NCBI GenBank assembly: GCA_012295275.1
Contig: CM022669.1
Location: 3,782,001-3,846,000, forward strand
Direction: 5' to 3'
From: Chrysomallon squamiferum
Taxonomy: Eukaryota; Animalia; Mollusca
DNA: 64,000 nt
Shown piece after piece: positions 26,925 to 42,366 of the stretch. The stretch's first letter is position 1. Each line of letters begins with the position of its first letter. The notes beneath the pieces were generated by a model that worked only from the letters and a program-made list of their open reading frames with translations, did not search any database and was not told where the DNA came from. A program made the translations under genes and the position numbers.

Positions 26925-28049
26925 GCCTGTCTGTCTATCTGTCTATATCTATATATATATCTCTATCTGTATATCTATCTACCTATCTATCTGTATATCT
27001 GTCTGTATATCTGTCTATCTGTCTATCAGTCTTTCTGTCTATATATCTGTGTGTGTGTCTGTGTGTGTGTGTTAGTATGTAATTGTATGTGAATTGGTAG
27101 CGATATTTATATTTGTGCACTGCTACTATTATCATTAGTATTAATTAACTGGCATAGTAAAAACAATCTAATCCGAATTTATTATGTTTATCATAAATGA
27201 AAATATGTTATTGCAACATAACTGTACAATAAATCTCTTTTATGTATTTGGATGCGTTTATAATTGATACTTTATATTAACTGGAAATATGGTAAGATAA
27301 TTCTAGAACATTTCACGTAATACTTATTAGATATTGATGGTTAGGTATATAATTGGCATAAATGAAAACATGCTACTGTAACATAATTTTATGCCACTTC
27401 ACATAGAGCTCTATTTCATATACTTGGATAGGTTTATTATTAATATTGTATATTAGCTGAAGAATCACAAGAAACGTATTATTCTAAATAATTTTATTAC
27501 ACTTGTTATTAGTTACTTTTGAATAGATGTACAGTTAGTATTACAATCTATCTTAAAATGTATTATAAATAAAATAATAATAATAACAATAATAATAATA
27601 ATAATAATAATAACGATAATATTTAAAATATAAATAAATAAATATAAAATGTATTACAGTAAAATAAATTTACAACATTTAATAAGTATTTTTCATCTTT
27701 GGCTGAGCATTACATATTACATGCCAATAACTTTGTTAAAGTATCATAACTCAACACTTTAGTTCATGATTTGGGATACTTATGTAATTACCATTATACA
27801 TTAATAACAAACATCTGTTTTTATGGCTCTGTAGTTTTACAACAGATTGCTTAATATTTATTTTTTTGTCTCTTAATACGTATAACTGCAATTAAATGAA
27901 AGTAACTACGTTACGGTAACATTACTTAACAACATTTCAGTTACTACGTATTTATTTAAGCTTACGTTACGGTAACGTAACTTGACAACATTTGAGTGAA
28001 CGCGGCTTTGATTCGTTGAAATAATAAAAAACAATTTTTGTTCGTTTAG

Positions 28050-28256
28050 GTGCTGGACGACTGGAGGTACTTGGCAAGAGTGCTGGATCGTCTCATGTTG
28101 TTGATATTTTTATCAGTCACGTGTGCTGGAACTGTTGGTATTTTGGTGAACGCTCCGTTTATTCTGGACTACGTAGACCAGGACAAAATCCTGGCACAAA
28201 TTCAGCAGGCGAATACACTGGCAAGAGAACTGTACAAAAAAGAGGAAAATTTGTGA
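28050..28256 (+). CDS. nAChRbeta1: Gene A last coding exon (M4, C-terminus)
   Basis: GTTTAG acceptor; VLDDWRYLARVLDRLMLLIFLSVTCAGTVGILVNAP...EENL, then TGA. Confidence 0.95.
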   Translation: MLDDWRYLARVLDRLMLLIFLSVTCAGTVGILVNAPFILDYVDQDKILAQIQQANTLARELYKKEENL

Positions 28257-29835
28257 TATTCTTTAAAAAAAAAAAAAAATATTATCATTGTTCTTTACAA
28301 CAGTATCTTTCTTTTATAATCATCTACCAGGTGGTTCGGTGAAAGTGAGGCTGTGTTGTGATGGTAAAGAGATTGCAATAAAGTACGGCAGCAGAACTTT
28401 CGTTAACTACAGAAGCGTGTGGATTCACTGCTATAATAATGTGTTGAAACATTCTCATAGATTTCAGTTAGCTCTTTTCTAGAATTTTCTTCATGTCATT
28501 TTGTAGCCTTATTTCCCCCATTCTATTTTCCCTTCCGTATACATCAGTTTATACAGTAGTTGCTTTTTGAAAAAAAAAAAGAGAAGATTTTATTGTCCAT
28601 AATTGTAATAAAATATTTTTACGATAGACATTTGTGAGGTATTTTATAAAAAAAATATGATTTAATTGAAGATAAATCCACCATCTTGCAAATTTTTATG
28701 CTGTAAATCTGTTTGAAAAGTTCTATTATCAGTAACTGAATTAAAACATTTCACGGTAAGCATGTGTGAGGTGTTTACTACCAAATTTATATGATGATTT
28801 TTTTCCCCTTATTTTTCTTATTTTAGGAAACATTATTATCTGCGCTTTTATATTTAACAGCTCATCTATCAGCTGGAACAAGAATACAAAGATATCTGTT
28901 GTTGATTCTTTTAAGAAAACTGCTTTTAAAAAAGATTCATTGTCTGATAGCAGTAGTTCTTTCGTTTTTACTTCAGTTTTTTTTTTTTAATACCATGAAT
29001 CAGAAATATCTGTTTAAGAGAATCTGTTATTTAGCTGTAATTTTAAATAATTTTACTTTAACTTGTTTACATGGTAACCTGGTCCCATGCAGACATTTTG
29101 TTAGAAAACCGCTTCTTGGGACGTTTGCAGTAATTTTGTTAATGTAGTGTTGTGACATTCTGAGAATTTTTGTGAACATACTTCAGATGTTTTACTGATG
29201 AAAAACACCTAAGACAGGCAGACATTTTTAATACAACGCTACCAGCAACAAAATTACCAGTAATTACCAGTGACATGCACATGCAGTAAAACGTCAACTG
29301 TAAAATACATGCGTATAAACGCACGTAGGACTGCTGTCATATCTGCCAGCATTTACGCAATTTTTGCACATTAGAGAAATACCGTATTCCCCGCAGAAAA
29401 TGTAAAACTTTCGTGCTCAAAAAAGACAAGAAAAAGTGGAAAAAATGCATTGCCAAGAATAGAATGTAAAACGATGTCATTTATTTGTTCTTCATTAGCA
29501 CACTGACATAACTTTTATACCCCATCAGTAAACCTCTTCTTTTCCCTTCCAGACTGTTCGAGCACGGAGTTTGAAACCATCTTGGTCATTCCTCCTCTTT
29601 GTGCTTTGTGGACGACCTCTCTGGTCCCTTCTTTTCATCACTACATTATCTTCCAATCTTTGTATTAAATAGTTTTATATTATTTAATTTGAAATTTTAC
29701 AATTTAATTGTGTTGAATAATAAACATTCTTAAATTTGATTTTGAATGTGTAATGTTATTCTTTTCTGTTCAGAAATATATTATGAAGTTGTTGTGTTGT
29801 AAGTCGTTTGTTATATGTTGCTGTTCATATATCTG

Positions 29836-29884
<49 letters not shown>

Positions 29885-30206
29885 GTCGTAATAGTGGTTT
29901 TAGTAAATTTTACTGGTAGCAGTACTAATTGCTACAGTATCTGAATTTATATTATTATAAATAATTGCATAGTAATAGTACTTCAGTGGAAAAACAAGAA
30001 ACAACAACAACAAAAGAAGACTACAACTGTTTTATTTTATCATAATAAATCACAGCTAAAAATAATCGGTTAAAACAAAATACCTATAAACACACTAAAA
30101 CCTGACACATTAAACATTTCCAGAATAACGAGCAGAAAACAACAATTACGACTAAAGTTAAAGGAAGAAAAGGAAAGTACAGAGGAAATAAACCCCAAAT
30201 CTAAGT

Positions 30207-30306
<100 letters not shown>

Positions 30307-31011
30307 CCTGTCTCTTTAATAATAAAATAACAGAAACAGAAAGAGAGAGGCTAAACATTAACAACATTACACCTACTCAATTAAAATCTGGAACATGCTG
30401 CTATTTAGACACGAACTCTCCATCTGACAGTTTGAAATCGATATCTTAACCACTGCTGTGCGCCTGTAATGGGCGTGAAGGCCAGCGGAGATAGAGAAAT
30501 CGAGATGACAGAGCAGACCTACTTTATCAAGTTACAGTGTAATAGATTAAACGTTTGGAGACCGGTCATTCATCACTGATATTACAACAAGAGTAAGTTT
30601 GATATCACGTTATTGATTGTCTGCCCATATCTGGTAATCATGAGAGCCGGTTTGGTGCTATATGAGCGATTGGTTGATTATGGGTGATTATTTGAATATT
30701 ATGCATCCGTGTATGTGTTTGATTGTTACGTATGCGTGTGCGTGATGTATGTTATCTATATGCATGTGTGTCTATATGCGCGAAGGCGTAAGTGCATTCA
30801 CGCCTATTTGTGTGTACGCATAAGTGTTAGTAAATCGAATGATATATGTTACAGAATATATGAGATTTTAATGGAAACAGAGTGTTTGAGTGGGAGTGAG
30901 TGAAAGAAAGAAAGCGTCAGAGACAGAGTGGGACAGGCGCAAGGAAACAAAGAAAGAATGAAAGAGAGGGAAAGTGAGATAGAGACTGAGACGAAAGAGA
31001 TAGAAAGAGAC

Positions 31012-31119
<108 letters not shown>

Positions 31120-31397
31120 CCTTGTCACTAACATAATAATTTACGGAATGTGGTACACGTGAAGTGAGTATTCAAAGATATAAAAAAACTGTTTTTCTGC
31201 TGCCTGTAATCCAGCGAAACGAAATGTTTCTAATGTTCCACTGCATTAGACGAATATTGAACCAAAGTTAAAGAAAAACCAAAGTTATGTCCCTTGCATA
31301 ACTTTCCAACTAAGAAAGCCGATTATGTGTGTGTATGTATGTTTGTATGTATGTATGTATGTACGTATATATGTATGTATGTATATATGTATGTATG

Positions 31398-31428
<31 letters not shown>

Positions 31429-32457
31429 TTATGTGTATGTGTGTATGTATGTGTATGTGTTTATGATGTGTGTATGTGTGTGTGTGTGTGTGTCTCTATC
31501 TCTACCAATCAAAATGTCTGTCTGTCGGTTTGTCTGACTGTATCTCAGTATATTTGTATATTTGTCCGTCTCACTGTCTGCCTACTTTTCTTTCACTGTA
31601 TCTGTCAATTTGTCTGTTGTTATGTTTTTTTGTTGTTTTTATGCATTTTCCGATTCAAAATTTCAGTTCTTCGGTTAGTGTACCTGTTTCTAGATGCATA
31701 TGCATATATATATGTTTATTTCTTAAAATTTATTATTATCTTCTTTTTTTTAAATTATTATTATTTGTAATTCATATAACCAAAAACAATTAAACTGCAA
31801 AGCTTTCATAATTATCTTTCTAATTGTTTACTTTTGTTTCTTGACCAACAGTACAGCAATTAGAAAAATATATTTTTTTTTTTACCATTTATACAAAAAT
31901 ATATCTACTTATTCTAATTCAGGGTCTAAGCTTTTTTAAAACGACGTCTCAAAAATTATAATTGTTTTCTTTTTCATTCCTCCGTTTTTAAGCTTCTATT
32001 CTCCAAATTATTAAAAAAAAAAATTCTACTTTTTTCTTTCTAATTTAATAAGCATGAGACAGATACGTAACTGACATTTGTGTTCCTTTGTGACCAGTGA
32101 GAGTTTTGTAATTACGAGTGACAGGAGAATTTGCTTTTCCAGGGCAGTTCTCTTCTTCTGATAAAGTTTTCACATACTTACATCTATAATTGATTATCGA
32201 AAAGTTCTTTGTGGGCCAGACACTAATCTGCAGGGTCAACGTAGACGGGTTTGCTTTAACATGAGGCTCGGGGCCAGAGTTTACGGATTAAGTGTTTCAT
32301 AGCTATCGCTAAATCTTTTAAGAACATTTTTCGTTATAACACGCTCGAGGAAAATTATGCTTTTTGTTTACAAGGCGTCTGGAATCCATATTGTAGTTAG
32401 ATTTCGATAACTATGATGATGACGGTGGTAATAATAATAATCATAATGATGGTGGCG

Positions 32458-32507
<50 letters not shown>

Positions 32508-32585
32508 TACAACAACAACAACAACAACAATAAAAATAATAAATTAGAGGAAATAGATATAAATAGGTAAGGAAGAGATTGGAGA

Positions 32586-32670
<85 letters not shown>

Positions 32671-35149
32671 ATAAAAAGTGATAAGAAACACAGAGAGAAA
32701 AAAAACATCTGGTAAAGTGATCACCAAATTGTATTCTGTTCTCATCGCTGCCCATATGGTCTATTAACCTTTCCAGTCAGAGTACAATAAGTGTTTTATC
32801 AAAGTAGGTGGTATATGTTTTGTTTTGTTTTCTTTAAGTAAAGTTTATATAAAAAAAGTCTTGGTGTTAAAAGAAAAACTTAGTTTTATCATTTGGTACG
32901 CCGGGAATTCCTGGAATTATTTATCATCCAGTGAACATTAATAAATTCTGTTCAAAATTAAAGGAAATTAAGAAAGAAAAAACTGAAATAATTTTGAATA
33001 TAAAATAAAATAATAACTACAAATACCTGTCCTAGAATTATACAGAGTTTAAATATGTACGTCATATTTTGTCTTTAAACGTTATTACTTTTCAACACAG
33101 ACAACGATTCGCATCTACATATTTTACTGGAGTTTTAAAGCCTTAGGGTTTTATACTTCGAAAGATATGTTAGCAGAAATATAACAGAAAACACCAGTGC
33201 AGTAGACAAAAGGCAAATACCCCGAGGAAACTAATTTTAATTTTTTCCTCCCCAGCATTTAAAAACTCTGCCTAATTGGGTTTGGCCGCATCTGTTAATA
33301 AGCAAATAGAGTGTCGCGTCCTTGGAGAATATCATTTAAAAAGTTTTAACAAATAAGTTTTCATCGATTAGCTAACAGCCTTCAGCATGAAGTTAATGTG
33401 CTTTGTATACATGTACACAGAGGTGTGGGTCATTACAGACTTTAATGATCTCATTGGTAAAGATAGCATCCTCATGCATAGCAAGACTGGTCCATCGCAG
33501 GCCATTTACCAAATTGACACAGTGTTTTCACATGCAAATGTGATGTGGTTTTAAGATTTACGCCACACGGTCCAAGGCGATTGTAAAATAGTAAACCCCA
33601 ATACGATAATTTGATCATTCTAAATATCATCGATCTGCTTTCTCGAAAATGGGACAAAACTTGGAGAAATCGAATTTGTTTCGATGACAAACGAGTGCCG
33701 AGATCAAATTGAAGACGTCTTTCCTATCGTCGCTGTGGAAGAGTAAAATGAATTTTCATGTTAAATAAAATTACAGTGTTTCTTAATATTAATTTACAAC
33801 GTGTGAAGATGCTCAAGCTTGTACTAACAAGGCGCAGAGGCAGGCTGTAAGAAAGTAAGAACGTAACCGACATCATCGCATTAATCTTCCAGGATCAGTG
33901 GCTCCTTCAATTTCATGTTTAGTTATTGAAATTTTATGTACAACAACTTGTCATAAAGACAGTCTGCTCAAAAACAAGATTTTTCTCCTGTATCTCCCAT
34001 TTGTCCTGATTGGTGGTATTTTAAAATTTATTTTTATACTTCATCAAGGGATTTTTTTTTATTTAAGTCGAAAAATCGAGGTTTTGTCCACAAATCCTAC
34101 CTTCTTCCCTTTTTGGTCGCACTAATTAATGACGGATTTTTGCTGTATTTAGAAATGCTTATAAATTTGATTCATTACTTTAAAAGTCATTTTGAAAAAA
34201 GAATATTATGTTAGAATGATTGACACACGTTTTTAAATCATTCGTAGTGATAAAAATAAGCAAAACAACTCGTTCATTTCCCTGTAGAATCCATAATTAA
34301 ATTTCATAGAACTGTTTGTTAATCCTTTAATAGTTTAGTACGTTCGACCTATTTAAATGACAAGAGTATTTTACGAGTAATTGAAAAGTACGTTATGTAA
34401 AGACAGGTTGCAGTTTAACCAAAGTGTCCCAGTACGTCCTGACATATATTATTACCATTCAATAACCTTGGAAAAATGGGTTTTAAATAGTAAATAAGAA
34501 TGATATAAACCACGTACATAATATCAACATCGCAAGCAAAAATTGTCTATTAGCATGTGGGCACTGTTTTCTTGATTTCATAGTTAAAGATTCAATTTAA
34601 ATTTTCATGATCAAGTAGATTAAACATTTCGTTTTTATTTAGAAATTAATCCTGCATGTAATTACAGTGGGATTTTTTTGTTTTCTTAATTTACAAATAT
34701 ATTAGTATGAGTGGGAGTTGGCAGTAAGTCGAGTGACAATCAGAGAGAACACACGAGAGATGTTGTTTTTCACAGATCAGTAGATGTTCACGATTATTAA
34801 TCTGCCCAGAATTCTTTTCCAAGATCTTTTGGTCTCTGGAACAATCACATCTTATGAGCGATACTGGAACTAATGAAGCGTGAACATCGCGACAGCACGC
34901 TGGTTTCTGTCTGATTGACCTCGGCGCACTCATCGTCGCAAAACACGACTGCACATCTTATTGAGTTATCGACCCTGGGGAATCACAGGAGAGTAAATTT
35001 TAGCGTGATTTCTTTCAATGGGAAAATCTACTTGGGCAAAAGTGCACTTCATTACAAGTTTATCCAAGTGTTAACGTTTATCCTGCGATACATTCATGGC
35101 GAATTGAAAGCCCACTCCTAACACCTGCACGACTGAAACCACTTTCCAG

Positions 35150-35236
35150 ATCTGGTAGTCGTAACAGTAACGTATCTGGTAGTCGTAACAGTAACGTATC
35201 TAGTAGTCGTAACAGTAACGTATCTAGTAGTCGTAA
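35150..35236. repeat. 24-bp minisatellite, ~3.6 copies
   Basis: Unit ATCT(G/A)GTAGTCGTAACAGTAACGT. Confidence 0.9.
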
Positions 35237-35801
35237 AGTCACAACTTACAATTTGATTGATCTCAAAATTAATTTTCCTCGGAGAAAAAATATTCTTTAA
35301 AACAAATACATAGTAAATTATCCCTTCAGTAAATTAGGATACAAGTATTATACTACAAAATTATTTTGTATTACGTTGGTTGTTATTTGCATCAAAATGT
35401 TCGTTCAGCGATCTAAAATACAAGTGATATATTATTATTACAGAATAGTTTGTATTATATCTCCTACATAAAGCTGATATTTGTAATAAATTGTTTGCTC
35501 AGTAATTTAGGATACTTGTTTTATATTGCAGAATTATTTTTATTACATGCACTTACTTACAATAACTAGTTTGCTCTGTAATCAAGATACAAGTATTACA
35601 TTATTTTTATCACTGTATACTTGATATTTATGGACACATGGTGTACAGTGCGCTTTGATTATTGAACATTGCTGTGTATCTATTGTAAAACAGTTCTGCG
35701 TGTTAACATATCGATAATTTACGTTGGTTACATAAAAATAATTTTGCTTGCAGGTGTTTATTTCAGTTTACATTCTTTCTCTCGTTTCTTTATTTCTTTA
35801 C

Positions 35802-35850
<49 letters not shown>

Positions 35851-36237
35851 GTCATTATTATCATTATTATCATTATTATTATTGCTATTGTTATTATTAA
35901 TGCTGTTGTGTGTTGTTCTTATCATCATTATTATTTTATTATTATTACTGAAATCTGACAGTATTCATTTAATGTAATTAATATCGATCAGAACGTCAAA
36001 TCATTTCCCGGTAATTATGTTTCTAAGAGACTCAGAAAAAATACTAAAATGAGATTTAACAATGCAAATAATAAATATTTAAGAAAAAAGAGGAAGAAGA
36101 AAAACGAAAAAGAAATAAACGCCATGCAATAGATAATCTGAAATCAAAATAATTTTAAAACAACTCTCAAATTTTCATTAATGTATGATTTCTCATTTTA
36201 AAATAATAAATATTTTATTTCTCTGATATTATTATGT

Positions 36238-36307
<70 letters not shown>

Positions 36308-37037
36308 AAGAGAGAGAGAGAGACTAAAAGTAAACGAAGAATGATAGAGAAACTTAGATGTTATTAGCAGAAGACATGTAGACCAAAGATAAAACTTAAA
36401 AAAAAGTAAAATAACGGTTTATTGTAATCAAACCGTCCTGTCATTCTGAGGTTTTGTTGGGTTAATCGTGCGTCTAGGAATCCTGCCTCTTGTTAATTAG
36501 TGAACTGGAAACTGTATCTTCTAGATGAAGGGAAGCTAAACGTTAATGCCTGGGGTAAATTTGATTTAGCAGTGTGTTTGGAATTCTAATCAACTGTTAT
36601 GACACATGGTTGAAACCGAATGGTTATTTACGCCAGTTTTCCTCATTTTGCCATTAAAGTCGTACAGTAAATTTTCGCATTCGTCATTTATTTTATAAAA
36701 AGACATAACTTAAATAGAACACTTCGCCTTCTTGAAATTGAAGCTGACTCCAGGCATTATGAAACGCCTGTCAAATTTGAAGAATTGCTAGAAAACATTT
36801 GTTTGTCACTGTGACGAGACGAGATAGAATGACGGTGTGATAATAAACTTCACTCCAGACAGACAGACAGCGAAATCGAACCAGGAATTCTAAATAACAC
36901 AGTTCGCTAATTAGAATGTTTGAGGTTTTGTTTTCATTAAAGATTTCACCAACTTGTTATTGCTGCTCTTGTAGCAGCTGGTTAGTTCGTCTTCTTGGTA
37001 TTACAATTATTGTTCTTATGATTCGTATTACTATTAC

Positions 37038-37116
<79 letters not shown>

Positions 37117-37209
37117 TATAAAGCCTTTCTAATTAACTTGCTTCAATACTCAAACACTTTCTTATATAAAATATTTTAAAGTGATAATGCAATTTTTGAT
37201 ATATACACA

Positions 37210-37241
<32 letters not shown>

Positions 37242-38544
37242 CACATACATACATATAAATATACATATACATACGTACATACATATATATATATATATAT
37301 ATCTATATATATATATATATATATACTGTATATGTAAAATATTTTATTCATATTTTAAATGTAATCTATAGTGATCTGGTTATTTACATCCTTTTATTTA
37401 AGTCATTTTTAGTATATATATTTACGACATACAATTGTTTTTAAAATTATATTATATTTACAAGATAAATATGGCTCGGCAGTAAAATGATACGGAATAT
37501 TATGGAATATTATAGCAGTGCTTCAGTTGTCTCGGCTTCAGTACGTACAAAATTCAAATACAACTACAACCTGATTTATTCACTTAACCCTTAAATAGAA
37601 TATTAAAGTTTAATATTTATTTCTCATGAATATTCATAAAACAAAACTCATCATGACTGACGTTTTGTAAATGACGCCCACTGTTTTTTATATACTTTTT
37701 TTTTTTTTTTTTTTTTTTGGAACGGCACCAGGAAATAGATTATTTCTGCAATATAATTAATACCGAATCTCGATGGGACTTTAAATATTTTTTTTTTAGG
37801 TCAAATCATTGTGAATGACAGACCGAAGCTTGCATCGACCGAATTTTTGAAAAACATAACAGCAATTAACACCAGAAGAGCCTAATCGCATAAAGTTTGT
37901 CTTCATCCGCGCTAAAACAGCCATTAATCCATACACGGAGGTACACGAGTGTTGCTCATTAAACGAAACGGAATAAAAATAAAAAAAAAGACGCAAGAAA
38001 GGACTGGGTAAGAAAAGTCCATATTGGCACATTTTCGCTAAGTGTGTAAAGCAATAAAGTTATCACACAAAGTGATTTGTTTTGTCGATGAATTGCTCTT
38101 CAGAGGTTATTGCAGTCAGCGGTTTGTCTTCATTATGATGATTCTCAAAACTCGTGATGCTCAGTTGTTAGCCTGTTCGAGGACAATGGGTTGTTGTTCT
38201 GGCTTGTCAGACATTTTGACAGCTCTGTTCCGTACTTCGTGTCTTAATGGACGAAACCCTTGTCGTAACTTCATCAAAATATGTTAAAAAATTAAAATGA
38301 ATAAAATCTGAGGAGTGTTTGAGCATTCGCTTGAAGACTGGCGGTTTTCTGGATCAATCCTCATAGATTATGCACCATTATTGTTAACAGTTAAAACGAT
38401 TGATTTTAAAATATTTCTGTGTATGCTCTTTACTGATTATGTAATATTACGAAATACTGAACACATTTGCAGTCCAGAGTTAAAAGCGTGTTTAATCACC
38501 ATACAAATTATAGTGGATGAACCTGTTTCCTTGATACAACGGGT

Positions 38545-38650
38545 TAAATTCCACAGTTAGCAGCGAAGGATATTTTTATGCAACTTCCCATAACAATATC
38601 TTTTGATAAACCAGATATGGAGCACTGACTGGAATGGGAAAGAGCCAAAT
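38545..38650 (-). mobile_element. Degraded SINE-like dispersed repeat copy
   Basis: GGAGCACTGACTGGAATGGGAAAGAGC resembles 5556-5577 (GCTGGAACGGGAAATAGCTCA), 56226-56245 and, reversed, 11058-11073 (CCAACCAGTGCTCC). From memory it resembles an abundant gastropod SINE; not verified. Confidence 0.55.
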
Positions 38651-40052
38651 AACTGTCACGATCTTAATCAATGAAAATATTGCATAGCCTGGCGTCAGCG
38701 GGTTTCTACTCTCAGTTTATTACTGACAAAAGCTTCGTGTGTGTTAACGATAAAACTACGCTTAGATGTTATTTACTGATTGCTTAATTAAACAATCTTC
38801 TTTAGAAAACAAAACAAACCATTAAACGTATTTCTTGTTGCACGCAATCTGTTAACTTGAATTGTCTCTCAAAAACACGCGTTTGTTTTAATGTCTTAGT
38901 CGATTACTTTAGAAGAGCAGAGAAAACAGTTGTTTTACGCTTCTCCAGTGAACTGTGAGTAAAAAGGTCGTAAAGAGGATGCGATCCCGCTGTCTGCCGG
39001 TTTACACGCCGGTTGTTTAATAGACATGCGACGCTCGCGTAAATCTAGAGGGATTCTGCTGTCAAACTGATGTAGCTAACACGTCTGTAGCAAACAGTCA
39101 AATTTACTTAGTTCTCAAGCATGTTGCAGACAGCTTGTAATTGGGAGATTTACTTTGTTTGTTTGTGTGTGTGTTGTTTTGTCTTTCCCGCTCGTTTGAT
39201 TGTTACGTACACTTGGGAGTAGAGTCAGTCTTACAACAGACTTTTCAGTAACAACAACGACGACAACGACAACTATGGCGATATATTGAAGACGACATCA
39301 CCGCATAAAATAATAATAACATTATTAGCAACTTAACACTACCACCACCACCACCACGAACAACAACAACAACAACAACAACAATAATAATCTAATAGTC
39401 GAAGTAGTAGAAGGAAAATAGGCCTACTACCATTAATACTATTACTACTAATAATGACGCTAATAATAATATCGAGAACAACATAAGTAAATACAACAAA
39501 ACCCCTACAGAAAATATAGCAACGTGAATAACACCAACAACAACAACGATAACAACAATAAAATATTTTAGTAATAATTAATAACTTAATGAACCGGGAA
39601 AAAAGAAAAAGAAAAAAGAAATAAAATATCTACAACAGCAAAAACAATAGCGCGCCTGATATAAGTACGTTTACCTCAAATTAATGCCTGTCACAAAACT
39701 TAAATAAAAACAATTACCTGTATCTTAACATTTTTACTTGTTATTTGTGAAAACGTTTACCTGCGACTGCTACCTACACTTACACAGTTATAGTTGTCAT
39801 TACGTCATCAGATTATTCTCCAATTATTGATGACGTAATTTGTAAATAGAACTGACAAAGGCCATATACGTGCGTGAAAGACATTTCCTTTTTACAGGTA
39901 ATCATTTTTCTACTTACGTTTGTATACATTTTGTGTATGAATACAATAGCAATTTATACTACTACATTAACTGCTCCCGCTCTACCTACTACTACTACTA
40001 CAGCTACAACTACGATTGCTACCACTGCTACTACTACTCTAGTTATAATAAA

Positions 40053-40116
<64 letters not shown>

Positions 40117-40721
40117 GTGGCAATATCTCTGTATTTGGTTCTAACTCTCACTTTCTGATGTGCATTTTTTTATCTGTCTTATCTCTAACATAGTACGTGT
40201 TTGTGCAAGCTTTTCTTCAAACACTCTTCTTAGCGATCTTTTTCAATACGACACCGCACAAAATTTCTAATCTTTTGGGTTTTGCCAAAGCGATTCCTAA
40301 TCTATTCCGAAAAATCAAAGAAATCCCTCGTCCACTTTTTCGATAGCAATCGAAAATTCCCCGCTGCCTGTCTCTGCGGCTCGAAACTGCTACGACTTCG
40401 ATCATTTGGAAACGTACCCAGTCTGTCGATCAATCACGAGTAACGGATAGCTCGGTGTTTTTATCGGGCCGAGCACTTCATTCTTGAGCTTTAATTTACT
40501 GCTCATTGACCCACCTAAAGCGTTAACTCTTGTAATCTTTCGCCGAACAACATTTAAAACTTATAATGTCTCTCTCTCTTGCCTCACCTACAGATGGCGC
40601 TCGTGTACGGAATCCATCGAGATGTTCCAATCTGGAAATGAGAGAGGAGACAACGGAAAAGAGATAAATAGTATGCTCGATAAGCATGCCTAACGACCGC
40701 AGAATGACTTAGGACGACAGG

Positions 40722-40925
40722 ATGGGTGCCTTTCTCTACAGGGATATCGTGAAAAATGTCTTCTTTGTGTTTTTCGCGCTCACGCACGCGAACGACAACG
40801 CCAAACGTTTGTACGACGACTTGATGCGGCGCAGTGGTTACAACAAACTTATAAGACCTGTCGGAAACATCTCCGACAAACTTACTGTCAAACTGGGGAT
40901 GCGTCTGTCACAACTCATAGATATG
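40722..40925 (+). CDS. Gene B first coding exon (signal peptide and N-terminus)
   Basis: In-frame TAG at 40710 upstream of the ATG; [49 protein letters not shown]...LSQLIDM; GTATGT donor. Confidence 0.93.
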
Positions 40926-40952
40926 GTATGTATGTATGTTATTATGTGATTC

Positions 40953-41325
<373 letters not shown>

Positions 41326-41451
41326 CATCATCACATTAGCAGCAGCACTATCATAACAATATCACGTGTATTTAGGTGTTTATTAAACATTCTAGGAATA
41401 TATGTAATGCAATTATTATTATTATTATTATTGTTATTGTTGTTGTTGTTA

Positions 41452-41485
<34 letters not shown>

Positions 41486-42335
41486 CACTGGTTTTTTGTT
41501 GTTGTTTTTTGGTTTTGTTTTTTGTTTCTTCTTGTTTTGCTGTCTTCTTTTTCTTCTCCTTCTTATTTTTACTATTATATCATTATTTTATTGAAAATAA
41601 TGGAACGTTCTCTGATGTTATTTTCACGTTTATTAGATCTGAAAGAATTAATAATAATAATCAGTTTATAAAGAAGATAGGTTAATTAATCACAACAGCG
41701 TGATAGATACAGCTGTTAGTAACTGAGTGAATTTAACGACATTTTATTTACATTTTGAACTGCAGAGATAAGCATTAATCTCTGTTGTTATCTTTGAGGC
41801 AAATCTTTTTTTTTCTCATTTTCTTCTTGTTTTTCTTTTTCCTTCTCTTTTTTCTTTTTTTTTTTTTTTTTTTTTTCATTGTTCTTTTCTTGTTTTCTTT
41901 TTTCTTTTTTTTCCATAATTGTTTTTATTTGTGAAATAATTTAACTAGATTTGTGTAATTTCTGCGAATACCTACGTATGTACGTATGTACGCATCTTTA
42001 TTTATTTTAAAGTGTGTCTATGTATATTTATGTCTCTCTATATATAAATATGAAATTTTATATGTGCATATTTGCTAATATGTATATCTGTATGCAAACG
42101 CAGTTGTATAATATTGATTTGTATATATGTAAATCTATATATTTATATATATACTTATGTATTATATGCATGTTTGTACGGATGTGTGTGGATTTCTGAG
42201 TGCATGAATGTATGTGTGTCTATATTTGTATGCATTTATGTATGTATGTACGTTTGTATCTATATTTACATAATATTTATATGTATGAGAATGTGCTCTT
42301 GTGTATTTGTGTGTATATATATATATATAAATATT

Positions 42336-42366
<31 letters not shown>

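Noticed and set aside
32900-39130. Hidden gene in the non-repetitive stretches between genes A and B
   Set aside because: Short ORFs lack recognisable motifs and no consistent exon chain could be built; may contain non-coding exons or regulatory DNA, but this cannot be supported from sequence alone.
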